A stretch of DNA of 54,877 bases from Candidatus Dormibacteria bacterium (GTDB lineage Bacteria > Chloroflexota > Dormibacteria > Aeolococcales > Bog-877). The notes below the pieces were generated by a model, which saw only the letters and a program-made list of their open reading frames with translations, was not told where the DNA came from and did not search any database. The stretch spans positions 1 to 54,877 of the forward strand of contig JBEKRL010000016.1 of assembly GCA_049518775.1 (NCBI GenBank), written 5' to 3'. The position numbers were made by a program, and so were the translations under genes. Positions 15,325 through 28,119 of this stretch are shown piece after piece (position 1 is the first letter of the stretch; each line of letters starts with the position of its first letter).

Positions 15325-15705
15325 GCGAAAGCCGGCCCCCGAACCGGCCTGGCGGGACGCGCTGTCTCGGCCCGGCCGGCTCGGGCCCGGCTTCGGCGTG
15401 GTCCCTGCCCGCGAACAGGGTTCGTGAGCCGTCCTGGCGAGGTCGCCGGTCCGGACCCGCGAGCTGTTCCAGGAACCTGGAGCGCTGGGTCGCACCGCTG
15501 CGGGCCGTTTCTGCTGAACTCGCAGCGCCTGGTCGCAGGTGAGAGCGCCCGCGGAGCACGCCATGGAGGCGGAGGTGGCCCCGGTCTCTCCATTTGTGCG
15601 ATCGCGGAGTGGGCCCAGGCCGAACCGGTCCAGTCCTCGCTGGGCCACGCCGGAGGGGCTCCCTCGCCCGCTGCGGGGAGGGCCGGCCGGGAGAACGGGC
15701 CGAGT

Positions 15706-15734
15706 TTGACAGTGCCGTGCTCCGACGATAGACT
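15706..15734 (+). promoter_or_regulatory. sigmaA-type promoter of the str/S10 operon
   Basis: TTGACA-17 nt-TAGACT about 90 nt upstream of rpsL. Confidence 0.8.
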
Positions 15735-15821
15735 TAGCAGTTGCGTCTCCGGAGGGACGTTTGCTTATCCGCGCTTGGCCATCACCCCGGAATGGCCAAT
15801 GTTCTCAAGGTCAATTTCAAC

Positions 15822-16208
15822 TTGCCCACCATCCAGCAGCTGGTCCGGAAGGGTCGCCAGCCGGTGACCAAGAAGACCAAGTCGCCGGCGCTCAAGGGGT
15901 CGCCCCAGCGTCGCGGCGTCTGCGTTCGCGTCTTCACCACCACTCCCAAGAAGCCGAACTCAGCGCTGCGCAAGGTGGCCAGGGTGAGGCTGACCACCAA
16001 GGCCGAGGTCACCGCGTACATCCCGGGGATCGGCCACAACCTCCAGGAGCACTCGGTGGTGCTGGTGCGGGGCGGCCGGGTGAAGGACCTCCCCGGCGTC
16101 CGGTACCACATAGTCAGGGGTGCCCTGGACACGGCCGGCACCAAGGCTCGCAAGCAGGCGCGGAGCAAGTACGGGGCCAAGCGCGAGAAGCAGGGCCGGG
16201 CCTCCTGA
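15822..16208 (+). CDS. rpsL: 30S ribosomal protein S12
   Basis: (M)[36 protein letters not shown]; TTG start. Confidence 0.98.
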   Translation: MPTIQQLVRKGRQPVTKKTKSPALKGSPQRRGVCVRVFTTTPKKPNSALRKVARVRLTTKAEVTAYIPGIGHNLQEHSVVLVRGGRVKDLPGVRYHIVRGALDTAGTKARKQARSKYGAKREKQGRAS

Positions 16209-16209
16209 G

Positions 16210-16680
16210 ATGCCCCGCCGTCAGCGGGTCTCCCGCCGCGTCATCGTCGCCGACCCCCAGTTCCACAGTGAGGGGCTGGCCAAGTTCATCAACTCGGTGA
16301 TGCTCAACGGCAAGCGTGCCACCGCCGAGCGCATCGTCTACGACGCCCTGGGACGGATCTCCAAGAGCCAGCGCCGGGAGCCGCTCGAGGTCTTCGATCA
16401 GGCCATGCGGAACGCCACCCCAATCATCGAGGTCAAGCCCAAGCGCGTGGGTGGCGCCACCTACCAGGTTCCGGTGGAGATCCGCCACGACCGCCGGTTG
16501 GCCCTGGCCCGGCGCTGGATCATCCGCAGCGCCAGGCAGCGGCACGGCCGGAGCATGGCCGACCGGCTGGCGGCCGAGCTGATGGATGCCAGCAACGGCA
16601 TGGGCCAGGCGGTCAAGCGCAAGGAAGATACCCACAAGATGGCCGAGTCGAACCGGGCCTTCTCCCACTTCAGGTACTGA
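16210..16680 (+). CDS. rpsG: 30S ribosomal protein S7
   Basis: MPRR.., [24 protein letters not shown]. Confidence 0.98.
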   Translation: MPRRQRVSRRVIVADPQFHSEGLAKFINSVMLNGKRATAERIVYDALGRISKSQRREPLEVFDQAMRNATPIIEVKPKRVGGATYQVPVEIRHDRRLALARRWIIRSARQRHGRSMADRLAAELMDASNGMGQAVKRKEDTHKMAESNRAFSHFRY

Positions 16681-16691
16681 GGCTGGCTGAC

Positions 16692-18809
16692 ATGAGCACT
16701 CAGACCACGGTCGCGCCCAGAGGAGCTGGCCCCAAGGGCCGGTGGGTGCCGCTGGCCAACGTCCGGAACATCGGGATCATGGCCCACATCGATGCCGGCA
16801 AGACCACCACCACTGAGCGCGTGCTGTTCTACACCGGGCGGATTCACAAGATGGGTGAGGTTCACGACGGCGCCGCCACCATGGACTGGATGGTGCAGGA
16901 GCAAGAGCGCGGGATCACGATCACTTCCGCCGCCACTGCTGCCGAGTGGCAGGGGCACCAGATCAACATCATCGACACGCCCGGCCACGTGGACTTCACC
17001 GTCGAGGTGGAGCGCAGCCTCCGGGTCCTGGACGGGGCGATCGCGGTCTTCGATGCGGTCAGTGGGGTGGAGCCCCAGTCGGAGACGGTCTGGCATCAGG
17101 CCGACCGCTATGACGTTCCCCGGATCTGCTTCATCAACAAGATGGACCGGGTGGGAGCCGACTTCGACGCCGCCGTCGGTTCCATCAAAGAGCGCTTAGG
17201 GGCACGGGCGGTCCCGGTCCAGCTTCCGATCGGGGAGGAGGCCGGCTTCCAGGGGGCGATCGACCTCATTCGGGAACGGGCCATCGTCTACACCGACGAC
17301 CTGGGGACCTCGTTCACCGACACCGAGATGCCGGAGTCGCTGAGAGAGGCCGTGCGGACCGCCCGCCAGGAGCTGATAGAGGTGGCCGCGGAGTTCGACG
17401 ACGACCTGATGCAGGCCTACCTCGACGACCGGCCGGTCGACCCCGATCGGCTCAGTCGGGCCCTGCGCCGGGGGACGGTCGCCGCCGAGGTGTTTCCGGT
17501 CTTCTGTGGCGCCGCGCTGCGCAACCGCGGGGTCCAGCCGCTCCTTGACGGGGTGGTGGAGTTCCTCCCCAGCCCGCTGGACCGGCCCCCGATCACCGGC
17601 ATCAACCCTCGCACCGGCGAGCAGGTGGTGCGGCAGGCGTCGGCGGCGAGTCCGCTCTCGGCGCTGGCCTTCAAGATCATGACCGACCCCTACGTCGGCA
17701 AGCTCACCTTCTTCCGGGTCTACAGCGGCACCCTCAAGTCGGGCAGCTACGTGTTCAATGCCAGCAAGGGCGAGAAGGAGCGCGTCGGTCGGATCCTGAA
17801 GATGCACGCCAACCGCAGGGAGGAGGTCGAGCAGGTGGTGGCGGGTGACATCGCAGCCGCCATCGGGCTCCACCACACCTCGACGGGGGACACCCTGAGC
17901 GACGAGGCCAACCCGATAGTGCTGGAGTCCATCACCTTCCCCGAGCCCGTGATCAGCGTTGCCATCGAACCCAAGACCAAGGCTGAGCAGGACAAGCTGG
18001 CGGTGGCCCTGCAGAAGCTGGCCGAGGAGGACCCCACCTTCCAGGTGAGGACGGATGCCGAGACCGGTCAGAACCTGATCTCGGGAATGGGGGAGCTCCA
18101 CCTTGAGGTCTTCGTCGACCGGGTGCTGCGGGAGTTCAAGGTGGACGCCAACGTCGGCAAGCCCCAGGTGGCCTACCGGGAGACGGTCCGAAAGCAGGCC
18201 AAGGGCACGGGGCGCTTCGTGCGCCAGACCGGTGGCCACGGCCAGTACGGCCATTGCGAGCTGATCGTCGAGCCCAACGAGACCGGCAAGGGCTTCGAAT
18301 TCATAAACAAGATCGTGGGCGGGACCATTCCCCGGGAGTACATCGCCCCGGTCGAGAAGGGCTGCATCGACGCCCTCCAGGCCGGGGTGGTCGCGGGCTA
18401 CCCGGTGGTCGATGTGAAGGCGACCCTGTACGACGGTTCCTATCACGATGTCGACTCCTCGGAGCAGGCGTTCCAGATCGCGGGCTCAATGGGCATGAAG
18501 GACGGTCTGCGCAAGGCCTCACCGGTTCTGCTGGAGCCGATCATGAAGGTCGACGTGGCCGTTCCCGAGGCCAACCTGGGCGATATCATCGGGGACCTCG
18601 CTTCCCGGCGGGGGCACACCCTGGGCATGGAGAGCCGGCGCGCCGCGCAGATCGTGCATGCCGAGGTCCCTCTGGGAAACATGTTCGGATACGCGACCCA
18701 GCTGCGCAGCATGACCCAGGGACGGGCCAGCTACACGATGGAGTTCGGCCACTATCAGGAATTGCCGCGGAACCTGGCCGAGGAGATCACGGCCAAGCGG
18801 AAGAGTTGA
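16692..18809 (+). CDS. fusA: Elongation factor G
   Basis: [26 protein letters not shown]. Confidence 0.99.
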   Translation: MSTQTTVAPRGAGPKGRWVPLANVRNIGIMAHIDAGKTTTTERVLFYTGRIHKMGEVHDGAATMDWMVQEQERGITITSAATAAEWQGHQINIIDTPGHVDFTVEVERSLRVLDGAIAVFDAVSGVEPQSETVWHQADRYDVPRICFINKMDRVGADFDAAVGSIKERLGARAVPVQLPIGEEAGFQGAIDLIRERAIVYTDDLGTSFTDTEMPESLREAVRTARQELIEVAAEFDDDLMQAYLDDRPVDPDRLSRALRRGTVAAEVFPVFCGAALRNRGVQPLLDGVVEFLPSPLDRPPITGINPRTGEQVVRQASAASPLSALAFKIMTDPYVGKLTFFRVYSGTLKSGSYVFNASKGEKERVGRILKMHANRREEVEQVVAGDIAAAIGLHHTSTGDTLSDEANPIVLESITFPEPVISVAIEPKTKAEQDKLAVALQKLAEEDPTFQVRTDAETGQNLISGMGELHLEVFVDRVLREFKVDANVGKPQVAYRETVRKQAKGTGRFVRQTGGHGQYGHCELIVEPNETGKGFEFINKIVGGTIPREYIAPVEKGCIDALQAGVVAGYPVVDVKATLYDGSYHDVDSSEQAFQIAGSMGMKDGLRKASPVLLEPIMKVDVAVPEANLGDIIGDLASRRGHTLGMESRRAAQIVHAEVPLGNMFGYATQLRSMTQGRASYTMEFGHYQELPRNLAEEITAKRKS

Positions 18810-18857
18810 TCAGCCATCAGCCGGGTGCGGAGCGCCACACTCTAAGGGCAGGAAGGA

Positions 18858-20042
<1,185 letters not shown>

Positions 20043-20071
20043 CCGCAGTTCTCAGGAGCCCCAGCAAGCAG

Positions 20072-20377
20072 ATGGCGCAGCGAATCCGGATCAGGCTCAA
20101 GGCCTATGACCATCGCGTCCTGGACCAGGCCGCCGCTCGCATCGTCGACACGGCGACTCGGAATCAGGCGCGGGTGGTGGGTCCGGTGCCCATGCCCACT
20201 GAGATCAACAAGTACACCGTGATCAGGGGCCCCTTCATCGACAAGGACTCACGCGAGCAGTTCGAGATGCGCACCCACAAGCGGATCGTCGATATCCTCG
20301 ACCCTAATCCAAAGGTCGTCGACGCGCTCATGCATCTCAACCTGCCCAGCGGGGTCAACATCGAGATCAAGCTCTGA
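20072..20377 (+). CDS. rpsJ: 30S ribosomal protein S10
   Basis: [22 protein letters not shown]. Confidence 0.98.
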   Translation: MAQRIRIRLKAYDHRVLDQAAARIVDTATRNQARVVGPVPMPTEINKYTVIRGPFIDKDSREQFEMRTHKRIVDILDPNPKVVDALMHLNLPSGVNIEIKL

Positions 20378-21018
20378 TGCCGTGCTCGCTGCTGGCGCGC
20401 AAGCTGGGGATGACCCAGATCTTCGCTGATGATGGTCGCTGCTTCGCGGTGACCGTGCTCGAGGCCGGACCCTGCCCGGTGGTCCAGGTCAAGCGCCAGT
20501 CCAAGGACGGATACGATGCCGTCCAGATCGGGTTCAGGGCCGAGCGCAAGCGGGTCTCCAAGCCGATTCGCGGCCACTATGAGGCCGCCGACCTGGAGCC
20601 CCATCGCCACGCCGCTGAGGTGAGGGACCTGGGTGAGGTCACGGTGGGTCAGGTGCTCACCGTGGAAGGCTTTGAGCAGGGTGGCCTGGTCGACGTGGCC
20701 GGGGTCAGCAAGGGCAAGGGCTTCGCCGGGCAGCACAAGCGCCACCACTTCGGCAGAGGCCCGGTGACCCATGGCAGCCACAACATCCGTCAACCCGGTT
20801 CGGTGGGGTCGGTCGATGCCGCCCGGACCTGGCGGGGGCTCAAGATGGCGGGCCACATGGGGTCGGCCCGGTGCACCGTCCGGCGCCTGGAGGTGCTGCG
20901 GGTTGATCCCGAGCGCAACCTGCTCCTGCTCAAGGGGGCGGTCCCGGGCGGCAAGGATGGCTTGCTGATGGTGACGGAGTCCGTGCCCCGGACCCGTAAG
21001 GCGCGGGGGCAGCGCTGA
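20377..21018 (+). CDS. rplC: 50S ribosomal protein L3
   Basis: KLGMTQIF, SKGKGFAG, KMAGHMG, KGAVPG. Confidence 0.98.
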   Translation: MPCSLLARKLGMTQIFADDGRCFAVTVLEAGPCPVVQVKRQSKDGYDAVQIGFRAERKRVSKPIRGHYEAADLEPHRHAAEVRDLGEVTVGQVLTVEGFEQGGLVDVAGVSKGKGFAGQHKRHHFGRGPVTHGSHNIRQPGSVGSVDAARTWRGLKMAGHMGSARCTVRRLEVLRVDPERNLLLLKGAVPGGKDGLLMVTESVPRTRKARGQR

Positions 21019-21638
21019 TGGCGACGGCGGTGCTCCGGAGCGAGGAGGGAGCTGAGGCGGGCAGCTTGGAGCTGCCGGCAGCCTTCGGCTCCGAGGTCCA
21101 CGCCACCGTGCTGCACCAGGCCCTGCTGCGGCAGCTGGCCGGTGCCCGGCAGGGCACCCACGACACCAAGACCCGCGGCGAGGTCAGTGGCGGCGGCCGC
21201 AAGCCCTACCGCCAGAAGGGGACGGGACGGGCGCGCCAGGGATCGATCCGGGCACCTCAGTGGCGCGGAGGAGGCACCGTCTTCGGGCCCACGCCGCGCG
21301 ACCACGGGCAGGCTATGCCGCGAAGGCAGCGACGTCTGGCGCTGCGGTCGGCCCTCTCCGCCCGGGCCGCCGACGGGGTCATCCAGGTGGTCGGTGAACT
21401 CGAGTATGCGGAGCCCAAGACCAGTCGGCTGGCCACCTTTCTGGACAAGGCCGAGGCCGGCCGCCGGGTTCTGCTGGTGCTGGCGGAGCACTCCGACAAC
21501 GTCGAGCTTTCCGCCCGTAACATTCCCCAGTTGCGCCTGGTGCTGGCCAGCAATCTCAACGTCCGCGACGTGCTCAGCGCCGAGACGATCATCTTCACCC
21601 GGGCTGCCGTCGCGGCGGTCGAGGAGCATCTGGGTTGA
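21018..21638 (+). CDS. rplD: 50S ribosomal protein L4
   Basis: RQGTHDTKTRGEVSGGGRKPYRQKGTGRARQGSIR. Confidence 0.98.
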   Translation: MATAVLRSEEGAEAGSLELPAAFGSEVHATVLHQALLRQLAGARQGTHDTKTRGEVSGGGRKPYRQKGTGRARQGSIRAPQWRGGGTVFGPTPRDHGQAMPRRQRRLALRSALSARAADGVIQVVGELEYAEPKTSRLATFLDKAEAGRRVLLVLAEHSDNVELSARNIPQLRLVLASNLNVRDVLSAETIIFTRAAVAAVEEHLG

Positions 21639-21937
21639 AGGATCCTTCCCGGGTTCTGATCCGGCCGGTGATCAGTGAGAAGTCCTATGCCGGCATGGCC
21701 CATCAGCGCTACGTCTTCAAGGTCGCCCCGGATGCCAACAAGCTGGAGATTCAGGCCGCGGTCGAGGCCGCCTTCAAGGTCAAGGCGGTCTCGGTCAACG
21801 TGATGAACGTCAAGGGCAAGGTGCGCACCCGAATGCGTCGGGGCGGTCGCATCGTGGGCCGGAGCCGGGACTGGAAGAAGGCCGTGGTGACGCTCCGGGC
21901 CGGGGAGACCATAGCCAACCTCTTCGAGGGGGTCTGA
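21635..21937 (+). CDS. rplW: 50S ribosomal protein L23
   Basis: [22 protein letters not shown]; TTGA overlap with rplD. Confidence 0.97.
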   Translation: MKDPSRVLIRPVISEKSYAGMAHQRYVFKVAPDANKLEIQAAVEAAFKVKAVSVNVMNVKGKVRTRMRRGGRIVGRSRDWKKAVVTLRAGETIANLFEGV

Positions 21938-21938
21938 G

Positions 21939-22763
21939 ATGGCGGTGAAGCGTTACCGGCCGACCTCCGCCGGGCGCCGCATGATGAGCGTCAGCAGCGG
22001 TGCCGACCTGACCAAGGCCAGGCCCGAGCGGGGCCTTACCGCCTCCCTGAAGAAGCACTCCGGGCGCAACGCCACCGGCAAGATCACCGTCCGTCACCGG
22101 GGAGGCGGCCACCGGCGTGTCTACCGGGTCATCGACTTCCGGCGCGACAAGGTGGAGATCGCAGGTCGGGTCGCCACCATTGAGTACGATCCTAATCGCA
22201 GCGCCCGGATCGCCTTGATCCACTATCGCGACGGGGAGAAGCGCTACATCCTGGCTCCAGAGGGACTGGCGGTGGATGACCAGGTGATGGCCGGCGAGAA
22301 GAGCGACATCCGGGCCGGCAATTCTCTTCCCCTCAGCAGGATCCCCCTGGGCACCACGGTGCACAACATCGAGGTCCAGCTGGGCCGGGGCGGTCAGCTG
22401 GTCCGCAGCGCCGGTGTAGGAGCCCAGCTGGTCGCCCGGGAGGGGCGCCACGCCCAGCTGCGGATGCCCTCCGGGGAGGTCCGGCTGATCGACGTCCGCT
22501 GCAGTGCCACCATCGGCCAGGTGGGCAACTCGGACCACTCCAACGAGACCTGGGGCAAGGCGGGCAAGACCCGCTGGCGCGGCTTCCGCCCCACCGTGAG
22601 AGGCTCGACCATGAATCCCTTCGACCATCCCCACGGAGGCGGCGAGGGCCGCTCCGGTCCCGGCGGCCATCCCCAGACCCCTTGGGGCAAGCCGGCCCTG
22701 GGCCACCGCACCCGCAACAACAAGGCCACCGATCGGATGATCGTGCGCCGGAGAAAGAAGTAA
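21939..22763 (+). CDS. rplB: 50S ribosomal protein L2
   Basis: [22 protein letters not shown]. Confidence 0.99.
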   Translation: MAVKRYRPTSAGRRMMSVSSGADLTKARPERGLTASLKKHSGRNATGKITVRHRGGGHRRVYRVIDFRRDKVEIAGRVATIEYDPNRSARIALIHYRDGEKRYILAPEGLAVDDQVMAGEKSDIRAGNSLPLSRIPLGTTVHNIEVQLGRGGQLVRSAGVGAQLVAREGRHAQLRMPSGEVRLIDVRCSATIGQVGNSDHSNETWGKAGKTRWRGFRPTVRGSTMNPFDHPHGGGEGRSGPGGHPQTPWGKPALGHRTRNNKATDRMIVRRRKK

Positions 22764-22766
22764 CCC

Positions 22767-23051
22767 ATGAGCAGGTCGACCAAGAAGGGCCCGTTCTGCG
22801 ATGCGCCGCTGCTTAGGAAGGTGTTGGAGATGAATCGCGCCAAGGAGAAGCGGGTCATCCGTACCTGGTCCCGCCGGAGCGACATCTTCCCGGAGATGCT
22901 CGGCCACACCATTGCCGTCCATGACGGCCGCAAGCACGTGCCGGTGTTCGTCAGCGAAGCGATGGTGGGCCACAAGCTGGGCGAGTTCGTGCCCACCCGC
23001 AAGTTCCGCAGCCACGGCCACCACACCGAGCGCAGCTCGGCGTTGAAGTAG
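22767..23051 (+). CDS. rpsS: 30S ribosomal protein S19
   Basis: [24 protein letters not shown]. Confidence 0.98.
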   Translation: MSRSTKKGPFCDAPLLRKVLEMNRAKEKRVIRTWSRRSDIFPEMLGHTIAVHDGRKHVPVFVSEAMVGHKLGEFVPTRKFRSHGHHTERSSALK

Positions 23052-23065
23052 GAAGAGAACAGCTG

Positions 23066-23485
23066 ATGCAGGTTCAGGCGACCGCCAGGTGGGTCAGGGT
23101 TCCCGCCCGCAAGGCACGGCTGGTGGCCAACGTGGTCGAGGGGATGCCGGTGGCAGAGGCGCTCACGGTGCTGGACTTCATGTCCCGCGACGCCGCTGAG
23201 GACGTGGCCAAGGTGGTGAAGTCGGCGGCCGCCAACGCGGAAACCAACTTCAACCTGGAGCGGGAACGGCTGCAGCTGCTGCGCGTCGAGGTCGACGGTG
23301 GTCCCATCATCAAGCGCAATCGCCCCCGGGCGCGAGGGTCCTCCTTCTCGATTTTCAAGCGCACCTGCCACCTGCGGGCGGTGGTTGAGGACAGCCTGGA
23401 GCGGCAGGGCAGGACGCGGGCCCGCCCGGTCCGCGCCAGCGGCCCGCCGGCTTCGGCGAACGCAGTGCAAGAAGAGGAGGAGTAG
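23066..23485 (+). CDS. rplV: 50S ribosomal protein L22 with C-terminal extension
   Basis: [26 protein letters not shown]. Confidence 0.97.
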   Translation: MQVQATARWVRVPARKARLVANVVEGMPVAEALTVLDFMSRDAAEDVAKVVKSAAANAETNFNLERERLQLLRVEVDGGPIIKRNRPRARGSSFSIFKRTCHLRAVVEDSLERQGRTRARPVRASGPPASANAVQEEEE

Positions 23486-23493
23486 GCAAGGGC

Positions 23494-24356
23494 ATGGGAC
23501 AGAAAGTCCACCCCAACGGCTTCCGCCTCGGCGTCTACCGCGGCTGGGAGGCGCGCTGGTTCGCCAGTGGCCCCGAGTACACCAAGCTGCTCCAGGAGGA
23601 CCTGGCGATGCGCCAGCTGATCCGCAGCCGGCTCCGCAACGCCAGTGTCGCCCGGATCGAGACGGAACGGTCGGCCAACCAGCTGACCGTGATCATCCAC
23701 ACCGCCAAGCCGGGCATCGTGATCGGACGCAGCGGCGCCTCGGTCGACGCCTTGCGGGACAACCTGGAGCGGATCTCCGGCAAGAAGGTGCGGGTGACCA
23801 TCCAGGAGATCAAGGTCCCGGAGCTGGATGCGCACCTGCTGGCGGAGAACGTTGCCAACCAGCTGGAGAAGCGGATCGCGTTCCGGCGAGCCGTCAAGCA
23901 GTCGGTGATGCGTTCGATGCGAGCCGGTGCCAAGGGGGTCCGGATCCAGGTCTCGGGTCGGCTGGGCGGTGGTGACATGAGCCGCCGCGAATGGGATCGG
24001 GACGGGCGGGTGCCCCTGCACACGCTTCGGGCGGACATCGACTACGGACAGGCCGAGGCCAAGACCACCTTTGGGCAGATTGGGGTCAGTGCCTGGATCT
24101 ATCGGGGGGACTTCGCCGAGCCCCAGGTGGGCGTGGCCCCGGCGGCGGAAACCGGCCCCCCGGCACGATCGAGCTCAGCCGAGGTGGAGCCGGCCCAGGC
24201 CCCGGCGGCATCGGCTGAGGTGGTACCTGTTCCTGCAAGCCCCTCTCCAGGCGGACCGCGGCCAAGCCCGCCGTTTCGTCTTCGGAGAAGAAGGCGGCCG
24301 CACCCCGTCGGGCTGCGACCAAGCGCTCGGACCCCAAGCCGAGCCCGGGCAGCTGA
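23494..24356 (+). CDS. rpsC: 30S ribosomal protein S3; apparent frameshift in the C-terminal tail (as sequenced it reads through into rplP to 24792)
   Basis: [15 protein letters not shown] domain [24 protein letters not shown]. The probable ancestral stop TGA 24354-24356 is in the -1 frame. Confidence 0.93.
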
Positions 24357-24357
24357 G

Positions 24358-24792
24358 ATGCTGATACCGCGCCGTCCCCGACACCGCAAGCAACACCGAG
24401 GCCGCATGACCGGTGCCGCCTACCGCGGCTCCTCGCTGGCCTTCGGGCCCTATGGCCTCCAGGCCCTGGAACCGTGCTGGATGACCAACCGCCAGATCGA
24501 GGCGGCGCGGCGCGCCATGACCAGGCACGTTCGCCGGGGCGGTAAGATCTGGATTCGACTGTTCCCGGACAAGCCGATCACCAAGAAGCCCGCTGAGACC
24601 CGGATGGGATCCGGCAAGGGGAACCCCGAGGGTTGGGTGAGCGTGGTCCTGCCGGGACGAATCCTCTTCGAGATGGATGGAGTCGACCTCGACACCGCGA
24701 AGGAGGCGATGCGCCTGGCGGCCCACAAGCTGCCGGTGAAGACCCGATTCGTGGCCCGTGAGGAGGCCGGCACGTCGGAGGTCGCCGAATGA
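24358..24792 (+). CDS. rplP: 50S ribosomal protein L16 (in frame with upstream rpsC as sequenced)
   Basis: [35 protein letters not shown]. Confidence 0.97.
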   Translation: MLIPRRPRHRKQHRGRMTGAAYRGSSLAFGPYGLQALEPCWMTNRQIEAARRAMTRHVRRGGKIWIRLFPDKPITKKPAETRMGSGKGNPEGWVSVVLPGRILFEMDGVDLDTAKEAMRLAAHKLPVKTRFVAREEAGTSEVAE

Positions 24793-25016
24793 GCAAGCAC
24801 CAGGTCGAGCTGCAGACGCTGCGAGACCTTGACGACGTGGGGCTGACCACGGCGCTCAGTGAGCGCTACCAGGAGTTGCTCCAGCTCCGGCTGCAGCGGG
24901 CCACCGGCCAGCTGGAGCAGCACCGTCGGATCCGCGAGGTTCGGCGCGGGATCGCCAGGGTTCACACCCTGCTCAGGCTGCGGGCCCTGGCCGATGTGGC
25001 GGAGGAGCGGCCGTGA
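24789..25016 (+). CDS. rpmC: 50S ribosomal protein L29
   Basis: [27 protein letters not shown]; operon position. Confidence 0.95.
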   Translation: MSKHQVELQTLRDLDDVGLTTALSERYQELLQLRLQRATGQLEQHRRIREVRRGIARVHTLLRLRALADVAEERP

Positions 25017-25285
25017 GCGAGACGCCTGCGGCCGCCCGGGCCCGCCGCAAGGTGCGGGTCGGCCTGGTGGTCAGTGACAAGATGGAGAAGACCGTGGTGG
25101 TCGAGGTTGAGGACCTGCGCGCCCATGCCCTCTACCGCAAGGTCCTGCGGCGGAACCATCGGTTCCAGGCCCACGACGAGGCCAACGAGTGCCACACCGG
25201 GGACCGGGTCCGAATCATGGAGACGAAGCCGCTCAGCCGCACCAAGCGGTGGCGGGTGGTGGAGATCGTGGAGAGGGCCCGGTAG
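25013..25285 (+). CDS. rpsQ: 30S ribosomal protein S17
   Basis: [29 protein letters not shown]. Confidence 0.98.
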   Translation: MSETPAAARARRKVRVGLVVSDKMEKTVVVEVEDLRAHALYRKVLRRNHRFQAHDEANECHTGDRVRIMETKPLSRTKRWRVVEIVERAR

Positions 25286-25287
25286 TC

Positions 25288-25656
25288 GTGATTCAGCAGG
25301 AGACCGTGCTCAAGGTGGCGGACAACAGCGGGGCGAGGGAGATCCTCTGCATCCGGGTCATGGGCGGGTCCTACCGCCGCTACGCCTCCCTGGGCGACAT
25401 CATCGTGGCCACGGTCAAGGTCGCTCAGCCCAACTCGGGGGTGAAGAAGGGCGACGTGGTCAAGGCGGTGGTGGTGAGAACCGCCAAGGAGTGTCGCCGT
25501 TCCGACGGCACCCGGATCCGCTTCGACGACAACGCCGCGGTGCTGATCAATCCCCAGAACAACCCCCGCGGGACCAGGATCTTCGGCCCGGTGGCCCGGG
25601 AGCTGCGGGACCGCAACTTCATGAAAATCGTCTCGCTGGCGCCGGAGGTGCTCTAG
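25288..25656 (+). CDS. rplN: 50S ribosomal protein L14
   Basis: (M)[27 protein letters not shown]. Confidence 0.98.
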   Translation: MIQQETVLKVADNSGAREILCIRVMGGSYRRYASLGDIIVATVKVAQPNSGVKKGDVVKAVVVRTAKECRRSDGTRIRFDDNAAVLINPQNNPRGTRIFGPVARELRDRNFMKIVSLAPEVL

Positions 25657-25659
25657 GAG

Positions 25660-26040
25660 ATGGCCCGCAGGCAGGCGCAACCGCAGCCCCACGTGCGCAC
25701 CCTGGACATCCGGTCCGGGGACACGGTGCTGGTGATCTCCGGGTCCGAACGGGGCAAGCGCGGGGTGGTGGAGCGGACCCTCTCGACTGAGCAGAAGGTG
25801 GTGGTGACCGGCGTCAACATCCGCAAGCGCCACCAGCGGGCTGGCGCCAGGCGAGGCGGGACCGCCGCCTTGCAGGGCGGGATCCTCGACTTTCCGGCAC
25901 CGCTTCACTACAGCAACGTGCAGCTCATCTGCCTCAACTGCGACCAGCCGACCCGGTTGGGCCGGCGCCTCGACGGTGACCACTACGTCCCCTACTGCAA
26001 GCGCTGCAAGAAGGACTACCTGAGGCCGCCACGGGCATGA
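25660..26040 (+). CDS. rplX: 50S ribosomal protein L24 with CxxC..CxxC C-terminus
   Basis: [19 protein letters not shown] (KOW), [18 protein letters not shown]. Confidence 0.96.
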   Translation: MARRQAQPQPHVRTLDIRSGDTVLVISGSERGKRGVVERTLSTEQKVVVTGVNIRKRHQRAGARRGGTAALQGGILDFPAPLHYSNVQLICLNCDQPTRLGRRLDGDHYVPYCKRCKKDYLRPPRA

Positions 26041-26594
26041 GCAGCACCGCCGCCTTCACCCCGAGGATGCTGGAGAGCTACCGGGAGAACGTGGTCCCCG
26101 GGCTGGTCGGCGAGTTCGGCTACCTCAACGTGATGCAGGTGCCCAAGCTGCAAAAGGTGGTGGTCAACATCGGCGTCGGGGAGGCCGGTCAGAACGCCAA
26201 GGCGCTCGACGCCGCCGCCAACGACCTCCGCATCATCACCGGCCAGCAGCCGACGGTGCGCAAGGCGCGCCGGTCGGTGGCCGCCTTCAAGCTGCGCGAG
26301 GGGATGCCGGTAGGCCTCAAGGTGACCCTGAGGGGCGCGCGCATGTATGAGTTCATGGATCGGCTGATCAGTGTTGCTCTGCCTCGGCTCCGGGACTTTC
26401 GGGGGATCGTGGCCCGTTTCGACGGCCGCGGCAATCTGACCCTCGGTCTGACCGAGCAACTGGTCTTCCCCGAGATCGACTACGACAAGATCGACAAGCT
26501 GAGGGGCATGGAGATCACCATCGTGACCACTGCCAAGACGGATGCCGAGGGCCGCAGTCTGCTGACTGCCCTGGGCATGCCGTTCCGGCGCTAG
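26037..26594 (+). CDS. rplE: 50S ribosomal protein L5
   Basis: [28 protein letters not shown]. Confidence 0.98.
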   Translation: MSSTAAFTPRMLESYRENVVPGLVGEFGYLNVMQVPKLQKVVVNIGVGEAGQNAKALDAAANDLRIITGQQPTVRKARRSVAAFKLREGMPVGLKVTLRGARMYEFMDRLISVALPRLRDFRGIVARFDGRGNLTLGLTEQLVFPEIDYDKIDKLRGMEITIVTTAKTDAEGRSLLTALGMPFRR

Positions 26595-26606
26595 GGAGGA
26601 CCGCAG

Positions 26607-26792
26607 ATGGCCAAGAAGTCCAAGATCATGGCCAGTCGCCGGGCCCCCCGGTTCCTGGTCCAGGCCCGGCATCGCTGCAATCTTTGTGGCCGGCCCCGGG
26701 GTTACATGCGCAAGTTCGGCCTCTGCCGGATCTGCTTTAGAATCTACGCCTCCCAGGGGCAGATCCCGGGAATCCGCAAGTCGAGTTGGTGA
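26607..26792 (+). CDS. rpsN: 30S ribosomal protein S14, short Zn-binding type
   Basis: 61 aa; [28 protein letters not shown]. Confidence 0.98.
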   Translation: MAKKSKIMASRRAPRFLVQARHRCNLCGRPRGYMRKFGLCRICFRIYASQGQIPGIRKSSW

Positions 26793-26798
26793 GAAGAC

Positions 26799-27194
26799 GT
26801 GCTGAGTGATCCGATCGCTGACATGCTCACCCGGATCCGCAACGCCAACATGGCGGGGCGGGATCGGGTGGAGATGCCCGCCAGCAAGGTCAAGGCCGAG
26901 ATCGCCCGGGTGCTCCAGGAGGAGGGCTACATCCTGAGCCACGGCCTGTCCGAGGACGAGGGTCGCCCGACGCTCTGGCTGGAGTTCAAGCGTGCCACTC
27001 CGCAGGGGAGGCCGCTGACCGGTCTGCGCCGGGTGAGTCGGCCGGGCCTCCGGGTTTACCGCGGCAGTCAGGAGATCCCCCGGGTCTTCGCCGGCCTTGG
27101 GGTCTCGGTGGTCTCGACCTCCAAGGGGATCATGACTGGGCGCGAGGCGCGCCGCCAGGGGCTCGGCGGGGAAGTCCTCGCCGAGGTCTGGTAG
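26799..27194 (+). CDS. rpsH: 30S ribosomal protein S8
   Basis: DPIADMLTRIRNA, SRPGLRVY, GGEVLAEVW. Confidence 0.98.
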   Translation: MLSDPIADMLTRIRNANMAGRDRVEMPASKVKAEIARVLQEEGYILSHGLSEDEGRPTLWLEFKRATPQGRPLTGLRRVSRPGLRVYRGSQEIPRVFAGLGVSVVSTSKGIMTGREARRQGLGGEVLAEVW

Positions 27195-27201
27195 GCCGGC
27201 C

Positions 27202-27750
27202 GTGTCCCGGATCGGCCAGGCCCCCATCCCCGTCCCGGAGGGCGTGACCGTGACCGTTCGGGGGAACCTGGTCACGGTGTCCGGTCCCCGAGGCGAGTTG
27301 AGCCGCGAGCTGCCGGCGGTGATCACGGTCAGGCAGGAGGGGGGCCAGATCCTGGTCGAGCGGCCCACCGATAGCGCCCCCCACCGCTCCCTGCACGGGC
27401 TGAGCCGGACCCTGGTCGCCAACATGGTGACCGGGGTCACCACCGGCTACCGCAAGCATCTGGAGCTCCAGGGGGTCGGCTATCGGGCCAGCATGCAGGG
27501 CTCGGACCTCCAGCTGCTGCTGGGGTACTCGCACCCGATCCGGATGACCCCGCCAGCGGGGATCACGATCGAGGTTGCCGATCCCACCCGCGTGGCCGTG
27601 ATCGGCAACGACAAGCAGCTGGTCGGGCAGACGGCCGCCCTGATAAGAGCGACGCGCAAGCCCGAGCCCTACAAGGGCAAGGGGGTTCGCTACCGGGGTG
27701 AGGTGGTGCGCCGTAAGGCCGGCAAGAGCGGCAAGGGGGCCAAGGTCTAG
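27202..27750 (+). CDS. rplF: 50S ribosomal protein L6
   Basis: [22 protein letters not shown]. Confidence 0.98.
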   Translation: MSRIGQAPIPVPEGVTVTVRGNLVTVSGPRGELSRELPAVITVRQEGGQILVERPTDSAPHRSLHGLSRTLVANMVTGVTTGYRKHLELQGVGYRASMQGSDLQLLLGYSHPIRMTPPAGITIEVADPTRVAVIGNDKQLVGQTAALIRATRKPEPYKGKGVRYRGEVVRRKAGKSGKGAKV

Positions 27751-27752
27751 AG

Positions 27753-28109
27753 ATGCGCAGGGTAGTGAGAGAGATCGCGCGCCATCATCGCCACCGCCGG
27801 GTTCGCGCCCGGGTGGTCGGGACCGCCCGGCGGCCTCGGCTGTGCGTTTACCGGAGCCTGCGCCACGTCTATGCCCAGGTGGTGGATGACGGCAGCGGCC
27901 GGACCCTGGTCGCCGCCAGCACCGCGGAGCGGGAGCTGAACGCCAAGGGATCCAACCGGGCCAGCGCCGTGGTGGTGGGCAGGGTGGTCGGCGAGCGGGC
28001 CCTGGCGGCCGGAATCACGCAGGTGGTCTTCGACCGAGGAGGCTACCTGTACCATGGGCGCGTCCAAGCCCTAGCTGACGCGGCCCGCGAGGCCGGTCTG
28101 CAGTTCTGA
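27753..28109 (+). CDS. rplR: 50S ribosomal protein L18
   Basis: [23 protein letters not shown]. Confidence 0.98.
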   Translation: MRRVVREIARHHRHRRVRARVVGTARRPRLCVYRSLRHVYAQVVDDGSGRTLVAASTAERELNAKGSNRASAVVVGRVVGERALAAGITQVVFDRGGYLYHGRVQALADAAREAGLQF

Positions 28110-28119
28110 AGGCCTATTG

